In this document: piece by piece, positions 11,531 through 23,050 of the stretch
Position numbering within the stretch: the stretch's first letter is position 1
Layout of the letters: each line of letters opens with the position of its first letter
Source of the DNA: Malacoraja senta
Lineage: Eukaryota
Assembly (NCBI GenBank): GCA_038087875.1
Contig: JAXLNO010001809.1
Coordinates: 1 to 47,398 of the forward strand
Direction: 5' to 3'
Length of the DNA stretch: 47,398 nt
Notes under the pieces: generated by a model
What the model saw: the letters and a program-made list of their open reading frames with translations, nothing else
Database searches by the model: none
Told to the model about the DNA's origin: nothing
Made by a program: the position numbers and the translations under genes

Positions 11531-11859
11531 CTCGGTACATGTGACAATAAACCCGACTCACTGTCAGTCCTCTCATTGATGTGGATATCTGCACTAATTG
11601 GTGTCTCTCAGTCCCTCTCTCTCACCAGGATATCTGTACACCTGGCAGGGGAGAAACCTTGATCACCAAGGAGGTTCTCCCAGGACGAGTATTTGAGTAA
11701 AAGAGACTCTCTGTTCTTATTAGAACAGTTCTGGCGGCCCCTTGGGGACAAGGGCCGTGGACCGCGGAGCAGAATCAGTGACGAGGAGTCGGTCGGCTGC
11801 GGGCTTAGAGGTGGATCCATGCTGGTTGGGCAACCAACCTAACACCTCATTCAGCCACA

Positions 11860-13252
11860 ATGGCAGCAGCAACTGGAGCGGGAGTACAGGGTATCCGCAA
11901 TACCCTGAGAATCAGCGTTAAGGACCTCAGCAAGGGGGTTCCCTTCTCACGGGACCTGTTCGTGAAGAAGGTCTTGCTAGAGGCCTGCAAATTTGAGGCC
12001 AAGGACATCTACTGCCTCCAGGAGTTCCCGGGTAATGGATACATTGATGTTACCTTCAAGTGTCCGACGGGATGGCAAAAGTTGATGGAAGACTTCCGGG
12101 AGAAGGGGAATGAAGCGCCGCTGCCGCTCTTCATCCCCCCCACCCAGAAGGAAAGAATGATCACGTTGCACATGTTCAACCCACATGTGCCCGTAGTGGA
12201 TGTCCTCACCTTCCTTGCTCGTCATGTCGAGGGAGCAGGGAACTGTGTGGACATAAAGGACCTGTACGGGATCTGGACGAGCAAGCGGCAAGTGAAGGTG
12301 AAGCTGAGGGTGGACAAGAACGGAGCCATCATCCACCCTCCCTCGTTGTTCGCTATCAGAGGGAACCGAGGGTACATGAGCTACACGGGGCAACCCAGGC
12401 TGTGCAGGAAATGCAACAAGCCTGGGCATGTGATGGTCCAATGCACTGCAGTTGTCAAAGGACTGTCAGGCCAGCAAGAACTGCAACCTGTGTGGGGAGG
12501 CAGGCCACCTTTACAGGGCCTGCCCTAAAAGAGCCTGCACCTATGCACAGGCGACAAGAGGGGCTGCTGCCAGCACCCCCAGGGTGGGTGAGACATCCAT
12601 CACCATTGCCAAGACTGCAGCAGAAAGGGGGAACAGGGACGAGGACAGCCCGACCACCTCGAGCCCCCAAGTGCCGGAAGGAGACCCCCATCACCCTGCC
12701 CAGGAGGGAGAGTCGATGGAGGAGGGGGAACAGCAGGAGAAATGGACGACGGTGATGTACAAGAAGCACCAGAGGGTTCAGCCGAAAGAGCTGAGGTCGG
12801 AAAGGGCTGGTAAGTCCAAAAATAAATCCCAAAAAAGATCTTTCTCCCTGACAGAAGGCAGCAACCTCCCCTCGTCGGAGGATGAGGCGACCGGGAAGTC
12901 CCAACGATGGAGGCAGAGGAAGAAAACAGGGGAGGAAAAGAGAAAGGCCACGCCGATCATCCCCCAGCCCCAGGAGACCGAGAGCAGAGCAGCGGCCGAG
13001 GGGCTCCAGCGCCAGGACATCGGAAGCAGTGCAGAGGCCGAGGGGCTCCAGCCCCTGGAGACCGGGATCATCGCAGCGGCCGATGGGCCCCAACCCCGGG
13101 CTTGCAGGAGCAGTGAACCAGCCACCGTACCCCAGCTACGGAGGAAGCAGCGCGCCCTGAAGCGGGTGGAACGAGTAGGCCCCTCCCAACGACACCTTGG
13201 GTTACGCCACAGGAAACCCACCTCATTGAGGATGCCGGCACTGGGTTCCTGA
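11860..13252 (+). pseudogene. Tx1 ORF1 (Gag-like, zinc knuckles), frameshifted
   Basis: CCHC knuckles CRKCNKPGHVMVQC and CNLCGEAGHLYRAC lie in different frames (ORFs 11860-12528 and 12452-13252), with a low-complexity C-terminus. Confidence 0.8.
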
Positions 13253-13328
13253 GCCCAGGAAAGCTGAGGCAATTCACCGAAGCGGTGGGCATGAGGGGAC
13301 ACGAGAATGGTCAGTGACTCTAAAGACA

Positions 13329-16300
13329 ATGGAGATAAAACGCATCTTTAAACGTGCGCAGTATAAAGAGCACTGGGCGATGTGTAAATGCCTTGCAGTG
13401 CCTGGCCAACGTCAAGGCAGATGTGACTTTTCCCCACGAGTGCGGGCTGCCGCACCTCCGCTGCTATCGGAGGTGGTCGCGATGGTGGCCCCACGGACTG
13501 TCGGTGTGGTCGGGGGGCAATGACTGTTGCGATTCCGGCCTGGGGATCTTGCTGCAGGGAGGGAACTTCGCCATCGCTGAGGTCAGGGAGGTGGTTGGGG
13601 GCCGTCTCCCCTTGGTGGATGTTATGTACCGTGGTTCTACGCTCCAGCTGATTAATGTGTATACCTCACCCGTGCAGAGCGAGCGGCTGGCCGTTCTCCA
13701 GCAGCTCCCATCGCTGCTGGCCACGTCCCGGCAGCTCGTTCTGGCCGGTGACTTCAACTGCATCATCGATGCGGCTGGACGATCCGGCAGTGCCGACAAC
13801 AGACTGGACAGCACGTCCAAGTTCCTCATGGAGATGGTAAAAGACGCAAAGCTGCACGACGCCTTCAGCAACCCTGCAGGCAGGTCCCAGCTGCATTTCA
13901 TCTGGTCGAGATCGGACGGTTTAGCCCGATCCCGGATAGACTTCGTCTTCACGACGAAGGCCGTCACGGTGAGACACACCAACCTCACGCCGGTGTTCTT
14001 CTCTGACCACTGCCTCCTTCAGGCTTTCTGTCACCTACAGGAGGACCGGAAGGCAGGCAGGGGGACGTGGAAGTTAAATATGAAGCTGTTGACCCCAGAG
14101 AACGTTGAGGAGCTAAAGAGGGACTACGCATGTTGGAGAACGGTGAGGCCCCTCTTTGACTCCCCGACACGCTGGTGGGAAGCAACCAAGGAGAACATTA
14201 AGAGGTTCTTCATAGTTAAAGGGGTTCAGAGAGCAAGACAGAGTCAGAGGGAATTGTGCCAACTCCAGACAGATTTGCAACAACTGCTCCTGCAGTCGAG
14301 AGGGGTGGATGTGAGGGAGGAACTTAGAGAGGTGAAGGACCGGCAAGCTCGGCTCTTTACGTCTGAATCCTCCAAGATCATCCGATCCAGGGTCCGCCAT
14401 GTGCAGCAGGATGAGACGTGCTCACGTTTCTTCTTCCATAAGGTTCACAGGGGAAGCTGTGATGAACAGCCTTAGGGAAGAGGATGGCTCAGTAACATCC
14501 TCGCAGACGGACATGCTGAGGATCTGCAAATCCTTTTACACGGATTTGTACGACAAAAAGGCCACAGACAGCACCGCCTCCCAGAACTTCCTGTCCTCTA
14601 TCACGGAGGTCTTGGAGAACAGCAAGCGGGAGAGTCTGGACCAACCACTGACCCTAGAGGAGCTGACTGGCTCCATCCGTTCCTTTGACTCGAGTAAAAC
14701 TCCCGGAAGCGATGGCTTACCGGCCGAGTTGTATTCGGCTCTGTGGGACTGGGTGGGCCCGGACCTGCTGGAAGTGTACAACGACATGCTTCTAGCCAGC
14801 AGCATGTCAGACTCCATGAGGAATGGCAGCATCACCCTAATCTACAAGCAGAAGGGGGAGATGAAGGATATAAAGAATTGGAGACCCATCACATTGTTGA
14901 ATGTAGATTACAAGATCCTGTTTAAGGCCATCGCCAACCGGGTCAAGTCAGCTCTGGGACAGGTGACCCAACACAAACCTGTGCTGTACCTGCTGCTGAG
15001 AGATACCATCGCCTACGTGCAGGACAGACGGGTGGATGCCTGCCTAGTCAGCTTGGACCAGGAGAAGGCCTTCGACAGGATATCGCACACGTTCATGAGG
15101 GACGTGCTCTCCAAAATGGGTTTTGGGGAGGGAATCCGAAATTGGATCAAACTGCTCTACACCAATATCCGTAGTGCAGTCCAAATCAATGGGTGGGAAT
15201 CAGACAGTTTCCCTGTAAGGTCTGGAGTCAGGCAGGGGTGCCCTCTCTCTACTGTCTTGTTTATCTGCTGTATTGAACCTTTTGCCGAGTCCATCAGGAA
15301 TATGCGAGCATAAGAGGAGTGACATTGCCAGGCAGTGGGGGCATTCGTCAAAATTTCCCTGTACATGGACGATGTCGCTGTCTTCTGCTCGGATCCAGGG
15401 TCGGTCCGCAGACTGATTAGTATCTGCGACCAGTTTGAGTCGGCCACGGGAGCCAGGGTGAACCGCAGGAAGAGCGAGGCCATGCTCTTTGGCAACTGGC
15501 CCGACCGAACTTCTGTCCCCTTCACCATCAAGCCTGACTTCTTGAAGGTGCTGGGGATCTGGTTCGGGGGGGCTGAGGCGTGTAACAAGAATTGGCTGGA
15601 GCAGAGAGTCAAGGTGGGGAAGAAGCTGGAGCTGTGGAGGCAACGCTCCTCTCCATAACCGGAAAAAATGTGGTCATCAGGTGTGAGGTGCTCTCGGGGC
15701 TGCTGTACTTGGCGCAAGTGTGGCCTGTCCCTCCCTCCTACGCCACAGGGATCACCCGGGCCGCCTTCCAGTTCATCTGGGGGTCGAGGATAGACCGGGT
15801 GCGACGGGCCACAATGTACAAGTCAGCAGACAACGGGGGTAAAAGCGTGCCCAACGTCGCCCTCACCCTGATGGCCACCTTTGTGTGTGGCTGCATCAGG
15901 CGGAGTGTAGAGCCAAGGCACATGGGCACCAAGTGTCACTACCTGCTAAAGGATGCGAAGGATGGGCCTGGCGCAGATGCCACGCAATGTGCCAGTCAGC
16001 TGGACATTGCTGCCCCATCTGTCGTCTGTGGAAAGGTTCTTCCGGACCAACACCTTTGACCACATGTCCATTGGGCAGTGGTCAGCACGGAACGTCCTGC
16101 AGGCACTGCAGGGAAAGGACTCGATTGATCCGGTGGCGTGGTTCCCAGAGCAGACTGCCCAGCTTGTCTGGCAAAATGCCTCATCGCCAGAACTCACCAA
16201 CAAGCACCAAGACCTGGCTTGGCTAGCGGTGAGGGGAGCCCTCCCAGTCAGATCTTTCCTGCACCGTCGGGAACCTCACTGCCAGCGCACGGGACGGCTG

Positions 16301-16666
16301 CTATGGAGAGGAGACGGTTGCCCACCTCTTCGCAGAGTGTGGATTTGCAAAAAGAATCTGGAGAAGTATGCAGGGATCCCTGGCACGCTTTATCCCGAAC
16401 AGCTCCGTCACAGAGACTCTGTGATTTACGGACTGTTCCCAGGGACACATTCAGAGACTGACATCGAATGCTGCTGGAAGGTCATCAACTCGGCGAAAGA
16501 CGCTATTTGGTCTGCCCGAGCGTTGTTCACCACCCAGCAGAGCGAGATGTCCGTCAGGGAATGTTGCCGACTGGCCCGCTGCAGACTGCAGGAGTACGTG
16601 CTACGGGACGCACTGAAGCTTGGTGCAGCAAACGCCAAGGCTCGATGGGGGAGGGCCACAGTCTAG
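13329..16666 (+). pseudogene. Tx1 ORF2 (APE endonuclease + reverse transcriptase), multiply frameshifted
   Basis: ASLNVRSIK, LAGDFN, FSDH, KTPGSDG, SLDQEKAFD, QGCPLS and LYMDD are spread over ORFs 13354-14475, 14399-15313, 15335-15658, 15592-16059 and 15953-16666. Confidence 0.9.
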
Positions 16667-16950
16667 GGTCCTCCCGCTGCTGGACATGGGGGCACGGTAT
16701 GGTGGAGACGCCCCTCAAAATAAGGGAAAGTATCCCACGCCAGGGGCCACATGAGTGGCACGGGTGGGGACGGATTTGTGGAATTTGAAAAAAAATGTAT
16801 TAACTGCATTGGACAATTTGTATAGCCTCCGAAAATGCCGGATTAATTTTTCGCACGGTTCACGTATTGTATATATTTATTACTTGAATAAAGTATATTT
16901 TGAAATTTAAAAAAAAAGGAGTGTCCAAGTGTGTGTCAGTGCTCAGAGTG

Positions 16951-16996
16951 ATGGGGGTCGCTGCTTATCTCTGTCTCCTTCTGTCCTGTCTGCCAG
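16951..16996 (+). CDS. IgW: IgW heavy-chain leader exon (MGVAAYLCLLLSCLP-G)
   Basis: 46-nt hydrophobic signal-peptide exon with a phase-1 GT donor at 16997. A 100-nt intron with a polypyrimidine tract ends at AG 17095-17096. Confidence 0.85.
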
Positions 16997-17096
16997 GTGG
17001 GCGTCACCCCCACTCGGGCCGAGCTACTTCTTGGACACTCTTTCACCCTCTGCCTCTTCAACTTTTTATTCAACATTGTTTCTCTTTTATTGGCAG

Positions 17097-17425
17097 GCGT
17101 TCGATCCGCGGTCGTGCTGAATCAGACCCCGACCGGGGTGGCAAAGTCTGGAGGGTCCCTCAAACTGACCTGTGCAACCAGCGGGTTCAGCCTCAGCAGC
17201 TACACTGGGTGAAACAGGTCTCGGGAAAGGGCTGGAGTGGGTGGCGAGGATGAGGTATAATGGTGACAAAAATTACGCGCCTGTCTTCAGCGGCGATTCG
17301 AGGTTTCCAAGGACATCAGCAATGTCTATCTCCAAATGAACGGCCTGAGACTGGACTACAACGGCCACCTATTACTGTGCGAGATGACAACTGGGGTGCA
17401 GGAACCTCGCTGACAGTGACTTCAG
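17097..17425 (+). pseudogene. IgW: Germline-joined IgW VH-JH exon, non-functional
   Basis: Correcting indels gives VRS-AVVLNQTPTGVAKSGGSLKLTCATSGFSLSSY..WVKQV.GKGLEWVARMRYNGDKNYAPVFSG.FEVSKDISNVYLQMNGLRLD.TATYYCAR, then DNWGAGTSLTVTS and a GTAAG donor at 17426. This closely resembles skate IgX/IgW V and J as I recall them. Frame breaks lie at about 17204, 17221, 17295, 17360 and 17385. Confidence 0.9.
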
Positions 17426-17649
17426 GTAAGACCAATTCCTCAATTCCATTTTACCCAGTTGTGTTTCATTAATTTATGGTCTTTGGAAATTCTGTAATTG
17501 ACCTGAACTCGGTGAGATATTTGGAACAATTGCACGGATTTCCCGGAGACTGGCGGGTTTCTGCAGAGTTAGAATCTACCCAGCAACAGTACATTTCCCA
17601 CCGCGTTGAACTGCCCCACAGGCTGTTCTTTCCCTGAGTCTCGCCATCA

Positions 17650-18135
17650 TCTATCTTGTGCATGCCGACCAAGCTGGTTTTCTGGGCTCGTCCCTTTGGC
17701 CACATAACCTTCTCATCCATATATCGGATTTGTTTGATAATAAGAATTCTATCTACTTTTATAGTTTCCTCTGGCAACTCATTCCAGATACTGCCTATTG
17801 AAGGCAGTCTGCCAAAAGCCACCCCAGCTCCCTGTCCACCTAACTCGCCACTCTCGGCGAACCATGCCCCTGCATTTCCACATCTGTCTGTTCTACAACA
17901 CTCTCCGGGCTCTACCATTTAATGTGTAAGTCCAGCCCTGGTTTGATCGACCAAAGTTCAACACCCCCTCACAAGTCAGAGTTAAATTCCATTTGGCATT
18001 CCTTGGCTCACCTTCCCAGCTGATCTAGATCTTTTGGTAAACTTATCCTCCTCACTGTCCACTCGGTCACTGATTTTGGTGTCATCTGCAAACTTACTAT
18101 CAATGTCCACTATATTGTATGGCAAACTGTTAATC
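17650..18135 (-). mobile_element. Old CR1-clade fragments
   Basis: SKFADDTKIS on the - strand (ORF 17982-18173) and a degenerate 3' region. Confidence 0.65.
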
Positions 18136-18180
18136 AGATTCAGATTCAGATTATTTAATGACCACACAGTCAAGCAAGTC

Positions 18181-18996
18181 CCCTAGTCCTCACCTTTCAC
18201 CCCACCAGCCGTCACATACAACAAGTGATCCTCCGTCAGTTTCGCCACCTCCAACGTGACCCCACCACTCGCCACATCTTCCCATCTCCCCTATGTCTGC
18301 CTTCCGCAAAGACCGCTCCCTCCGTAACTCCCTTGTCAATTCTTCCCTTCCCTCCCATACCACCCCCTCCCCTGGTACTTTCCCTTGCAACCGCAAGAGA
18401 TGCAACACTTGTCCCTTCACTTCCCCCCTCCACTCCATTCAAGGACCCAAGCAGTCGTTCCAGGTGCGACAGAGGTTCACCTGCATCTCCTCCAACCTCA
18501 TCTATTGCATTCGCTGCTCTAGATGCCAGCTGATCTACATCGGTGAGACCAAGCGGAGGCTTGGCGATCGTTTCGCCGAACACCTCCGGTCGGTCCGCAA
18601 TAACCAACCTGAACTCCCGGTGCTCAGCACTTCAACTCCCCCTCCCATTCCGTATCTGACCTCTCTGTCCTGGGTCTCCTCATGGCCACAGCGAGCAACA
18701 CCGTAAATTGGAGGAAATGCACCTCATATTCCGCTTGGGCAGTCTACATCCTGGTGGCCTGAACGTTGAATTCTCCCAATTCTGCTAGCCCTGGCTGTCC
18801 CCTCCCCTTCATCAGCCATCTGGTTGTCTCCTCCCCTCCCCCAGCCCTCGGGCTCCTCCTCCGCCTTTTCCTTTTTTCCTTTCTTCTCCCCACCCCCTAT
18901 CAGTCTGAAGAAGGGTTTCGGCCCGAAACGTTACCTATTTCCTTCGCTCCATAGATGCTGCTGCACCCGCTGAGTTTCTCCAGCATTTTTGTGTAC
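18181..18996 (+). mobile_element. Penelope-like element 3' part with GIY-YIG endonuclease
   Basis: ORF 18293-18706 has CNRKRCNTC ... NLIYCIRCSRCQLIYIGETKRRLGDRFAEH, followed by the typical terminal sequence ctgaagaagggtttcggcccgaaacg...ttttgtgtac. Confidence 0.85.
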
Positions 18997-19059
18997 CTGG
19001 TGGAATTCATGTTCAGTACAGGATGTTACACAATAGGCTGATTCCCGTCAAACATAACA

Positions 19060-19610
19060 TAAAACACAACAACATACAGTATACAGTACATGTACAAGGT
19101 GGCTATGTGATGTTGTCATAGAGTGTTCAGAGTTCGAATTGCATATGGGTAGAAACTGTTTTTAAATCGTGATGTTTTGGCGGGCAGTGAGCTGTAGCGC
19201 CTTCCTGACGGCAGCAGATGGAAGATGTGGTGAGCTGGGTGGGAGGGATCAGAAATGATTTTCTTCACCCTTGACACAGACCGTTTGAGATCAGACCGTT
19301 TGAGATTGAGTGAATCTATTGATGGGAGGGGGTGCTGATGATTTTGGATGCTTTGTTGACAATGCGCTGTAGTTTATTACGGGAGTGAGTGTCTAAGCTG
19401 CTGTACCAAACTGTTATTGATGAAGTGAGCATGCTTTGGATGATGGCTGTGTAAAATCGGATTAGGAGATGTTTCCTCACTCTGAACTTCTTGAGCTGAC
19501 GGAGAAAGAAAAGTCTTTGATTGGCTTTTTTATAAATGTGATCTGAATTGATTTTCCATTTGAGGTTATTGCTTATATGAGTGCCAAGAAATTTTAATGT
19601 AGATAACAAA
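19060..19610 (-). mobile_element. Rex/Babar-type LINE 3' fragment
   Basis: ORF 19316-19609 reads KFLGTHISNNLKW...KKANQRLFFLRQL...FYTAIIQS...VWY...LQRIV. Confidence 0.7.
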
Positions 19611-21260
19611 CAACAGTGGTCTCAGCACTGACCCCTGCAGCAGTCCACTTTCTCCAAGCTAATTTAGCTCATGTTGGGTTTCATATGATCTAACCTTCCA
19701 CGCCAGCCCACCATGCCAGACCTATCAGGTTCATGAGGCACAATTTCCCAAACACAAGCCATGCAGTCCCTAATCCTTGGCCCACCCTACCAAGTGATCT
19801 AGATCTTCGTGTAAACTTAGGACTATCCCTAATCAGTCCGTGCCTGTCCAAATACTGGTAGTTCCTGTCATGAAGGACATTCCCACCAATGACGTCAGGC
19901 TCACTGGTGCAGATCCCTGGCTTGGCCCTAATGTCCTTCTTCAATTACACTTCAGTATCAGCCACCCTCCAGTCATTTGGAGATTAATCTGCAGCGGAAG
20001 ATGATGTAAATACCTCTGACGGAAAGTAAATTATTTTCCTGAGCTTCCCACAAGATCAGAGGATGCAGTTGTAAGGCACTGGGGATTTATCCACCGTAAT
20101 GCACTTGAACGCTGCCATTAGCTCCTCTTTGGTCATTTGGTTATGATCTAAGACATCACAACTCCTATGATTCAACTCATTAGCTTCCATGATCTTCTCA
20201 TTAGTTACTGCGGATAGGAAATATTCATTTAATATCTCGCCCATCTCTTGCGTCTACACGAAGGTGGCCATGCTGATCTGAATTTTAAGGGGACCTATTC
20301 TTCCCCAAACTACTTTATCGTTATTTGACTATAGAGTCCCTCTTAGGGTTTTCCTTGACCTTGCCTGTCAGAACCATTTCATGGCCTCTTTATTGCCCAA
20401 GTGCATTCTTTAGTGTGTTCCTACGCTTCTTATACCCACTGAGGCATTCGCTTGAGCGCGACAGCCTTAATCTGAGGTATGTCTCCTGCTTTTATCTGAC
20501 CAGAGACTCAACATCACTCAAAAACCAGGATTCCATGAACGTGCCAGACTTGCCCTTCACCCTAACATTAATAAGCTGCCCCTGCACTCTGGCTATCCCA
20601 CTTTTGAAAGCCTCCCACATGTCAGCCATCCCCTAACCACTAATAGACTCTCCCAAACAAACTCTGCAAGTTCCAGACCAATGCTTCCAAAATCAGCCTT
20701 AACTCAGTTAGGATCTTCATTTTTGGGCCAGTTTCATGCTTCTCGATAACTACTTTAAAACTAGTAGAGGTGTAGGACGTAACTGCAGATGCTGGTTTAA
20801 ACTGAAGATAGATACAAAAAGCTGGAATAACTCAGCGGGTCAAACAGCATCTCTGGAGAGAGGGAAACGGTGACATTTAGGGTCGAGACCCTTCAGATTG
20901 AGAGTCAGGGGAAAGGACTCTCAGGCTGAAGAAGAGTCTTGACCTGAAACACCATCTATTCCTTTTCTCCAGAGATGCTGTCTGACCTGTAGAGGCACTC
21001 TAGCTTTTTGTGTTTAAAACTGGAAGAACTATGGTCACTGGTCTAAAAATGCTTCCACACTGACATCTCATCCCTTGCCTCATATCTGAAGCGGAGGTTT
21101 AGTGTTGTATTCTCTATAGCGGTTCCAGCAGAACCCTCTTTGAGTTGATTAAGGAATCTTTCTGAGATGCGGTTAACAAATTCTATCTCATCCTAGCACT
21201 TAATATTGTGGGATACCCAGTCAATATGAGGGAAGTTTAAATCTCCCACTAATACCACAC
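19611..21260 (-). mobile_element. Old, heavily deleted CR1-clade fragments
   Basis: MGEILNEYF...VDKSP (ORF 20056-20244) and scattered RT/EN-like pieces. Confidence 0.6.
20773..21013. mobile_element. Two Penelope-like terminal fragments in inverted orientation
   Basis: A - strand terminus (actgcagatgctgg...gggtcgagacccttcag) is followed by a + strand terminus (ctgaagaagagtcttgacctgaaac...gctttttgtg). Confidence 0.6.
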
Positions 21261-21369
21261 TATTATTCATCCAACTCAGCTAAAGGACAAGTACGGACAC
21301 AATCAGATGAATGGCCCCGTTCTGTGCTCTGAGATTCAATGAATCTATTATTTATTTTGTAAATCCAGT

Positions 21370-22110
21370 TGCAGTTGTATCAGATTACTATCTAAATGGT
21401 GTCAAGTTGGGAAAAGGGGAAGTACAACGGGATCTGGGGGTCCTTGTTCATCAGTCTATGAAAGTAAGCATGCAGGTACAGCAGGCAGTGAAGAAAGCGA
21501 ATGGCATGTTGGCCTTTATAACAAGAGGAATCGAATATAGGAGCAAAGAGGTCCTTCTGCAGTTGTACAGAGCCCTAGTGAGACCACACCTGGAGTATTG
21601 TGTGCAGTTTTGGTCCCCTAATTTGAGGAAGGACATTCTTGCTATTGAGGGAATGCAGTGTAGGTTTAATTCCCGGGATGGCAGGACTGTCATATGCTGA
21701 GAGAATGGTGCAGCTGGGCTTGTACACTCTGGAGTTTAGAAGGATGAGAGGAGATCTCATTGAAACATATAAGATCGTTAAGGGTTTGGACACGCTAGAG
21801 GCAGGAAACATGTTGCGGGAGTCCAGAACCAGGGGCCACAGTTTAAGAATAAGGAGTAAGCTATTTAGAACGGAGACGAGGAAACACTTTTTCTCACAGA
21901 GAGTTGTGAGTCTGTGGAATTCTCTGCCTCAGAGGGCGGTGGAGGCAGGTTCTCTGGATGCTTTCAAGAGAGCTAGATAGGGCTCTTAAAAATAGCGGAG
22001 TCAGGGAATATGGGGAGAAGACAGGAACGGGGTACTGATCGGGGATGATCAGCCATGATCACATTGAATGGCGGTGCTGGCTCGAAGGGCTGAAGGGCGT
22101 ACTCCTGCAA
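21370..22110 (+). mobile_element. CR1-clade LINE (HER1-like) 3' fragment
   Basis: RDLGVLVHQS...RPHLEYCVQFWSP (ORF 21311-21700) and the 3' end actcctgcaactattgtctattgtcta. Confidence 0.85.
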
Positions 22111-22121
22111 CTATTGTCTAT

Positions 22122-22652
22122 TGTCTAAGACATTGGTGAGACCGCATTTAGAATATTGTGTTCAGTTCTGGGCACCATGTTATAGGAAAGATATTGTCAA
22201 GCTTGAAAGGGTTCTGAAAAGTTTTACGAGGATGTTGCCCGGACTAGAGGGTGTGAGCTGTAGGGAGAGGTTGAGTAGGCTGGGTCTCTGTTCCATGGCG
22301 CATGAGGATGAGGGGAGATCTTATAGAGGTATACAAAATCATTAGATGCACGGATTCTTTTACCCAGAGTAGGGGAATCGAGGACATAGGTTCAAGGTGA
22401 AGGGGAAAAGATTTAATAGGAAAAGATTTAAAGGGTGGTGGGCGTATGGAACAAGCTGCCAGAGGAGGTAGTTGAGGTTGGGACTATCCCATCGTTTTAT
22501 GAACCAGTTGGACAGGTACATGGGTAGGATGGGTTTGGATGGTTATGGACCAAGCGCAGGCAAGTGGGACTAGTGTAGCTAGGATATTGTTGGCCGGTAT
22601 GGACGAGTTGGGCCGAAGGGCCTGTTTCCACACTGTATCACTCTATGACTCA
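22122..22652 (+). mobile_element. Older CR1-clade 3' fragment
   Basis: LVRPHLEYCVQFWAP (ORF 22121-22345) and the 3' end gggccgaagggcctgtttccacactgtatcactctatgactc. Confidence 0.75.
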
Positions 22653-22739
22653 ATGTCTCCAATACCTGCTCCCGCAAAGAGATCCCATCAAACATATCCA
22701 GGTCAGACAAAGCACGAGTCAAATGCAGAATATATCTCC

Positions 22740-23050
22740 CCGTGTCACTGTGCTGTCAGCTACAGATTAGATACAACATTCCATCTGTCCTATCCCAACG
22801 CTCCCAGGGAAGGGACAGCACAGGTTAGAAAAGGAGTGAGGCTCCCTCCAACCTGTCCCCACACACACCCAGGTTACAGGTTAGTCACTGAGTGAAGTTC
22901 CCTCCAACCTGTCCCCACACACACCCAGGTTACAGGTTAGTCACTGAGTGAAGTTCCCTTTACACTGTTACATACTCCCAGTGCAGGGACAGAGTGTTTG
23001 ACACAGAGTCAAGCTCCCTCTACATTGCTCTGTCAAACACTCCTTGTTTC
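22740..23050. repeat. Minisatellite region including two exact 56-bp copies
   Basis: 22844-22899 is identical to 22900-22955. The flanks are degenerate ctcccagg..ggacagcac..gttaga..cagagt..agctccctc units. Confidence 0.8.

Larger units (their letters stand above)
11600..16917 (+). mobile_element. Tx1-clade LINE, near full length and degenerate (5' boundary approximate)
   Basis: ORF1 and ORF2 are in order, followed by a 3' UTR with AATAAA (16887-16892) and poly(A) (16909-16917). Confidence 0.9.

Noticed and set aside
12455-13329. Antisense ORFs of 183-212 aa over Tx1 ORF1
   Set aside because: They lie in GC-rich retroelement sequence, have no recognisable domain and are shadow ORFs.
16900-17472. 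ORFs 16900-17253, 16997-17212 and 17260-17472 as independent genes
   Set aside because: They are partial or off-frame readings of the IgW leader, intron and broken V-J exon.
19075-19088. Two more TACAGTA strings (catacagtatacagtacatg)
   Set aside because: There is no uninterrupted sister copy in the window for comparison, so they cannot be distinguished from simple repeats. The TACAGTA at 32227 was also rejected because the duplicate copy has the same length.
22844-22959. Direct repeats as a CRISPR-like array (also 40365-40464)
   Set aside because: These are head-to-tail tandem copies without unique spacers, in vertebrate DNA.
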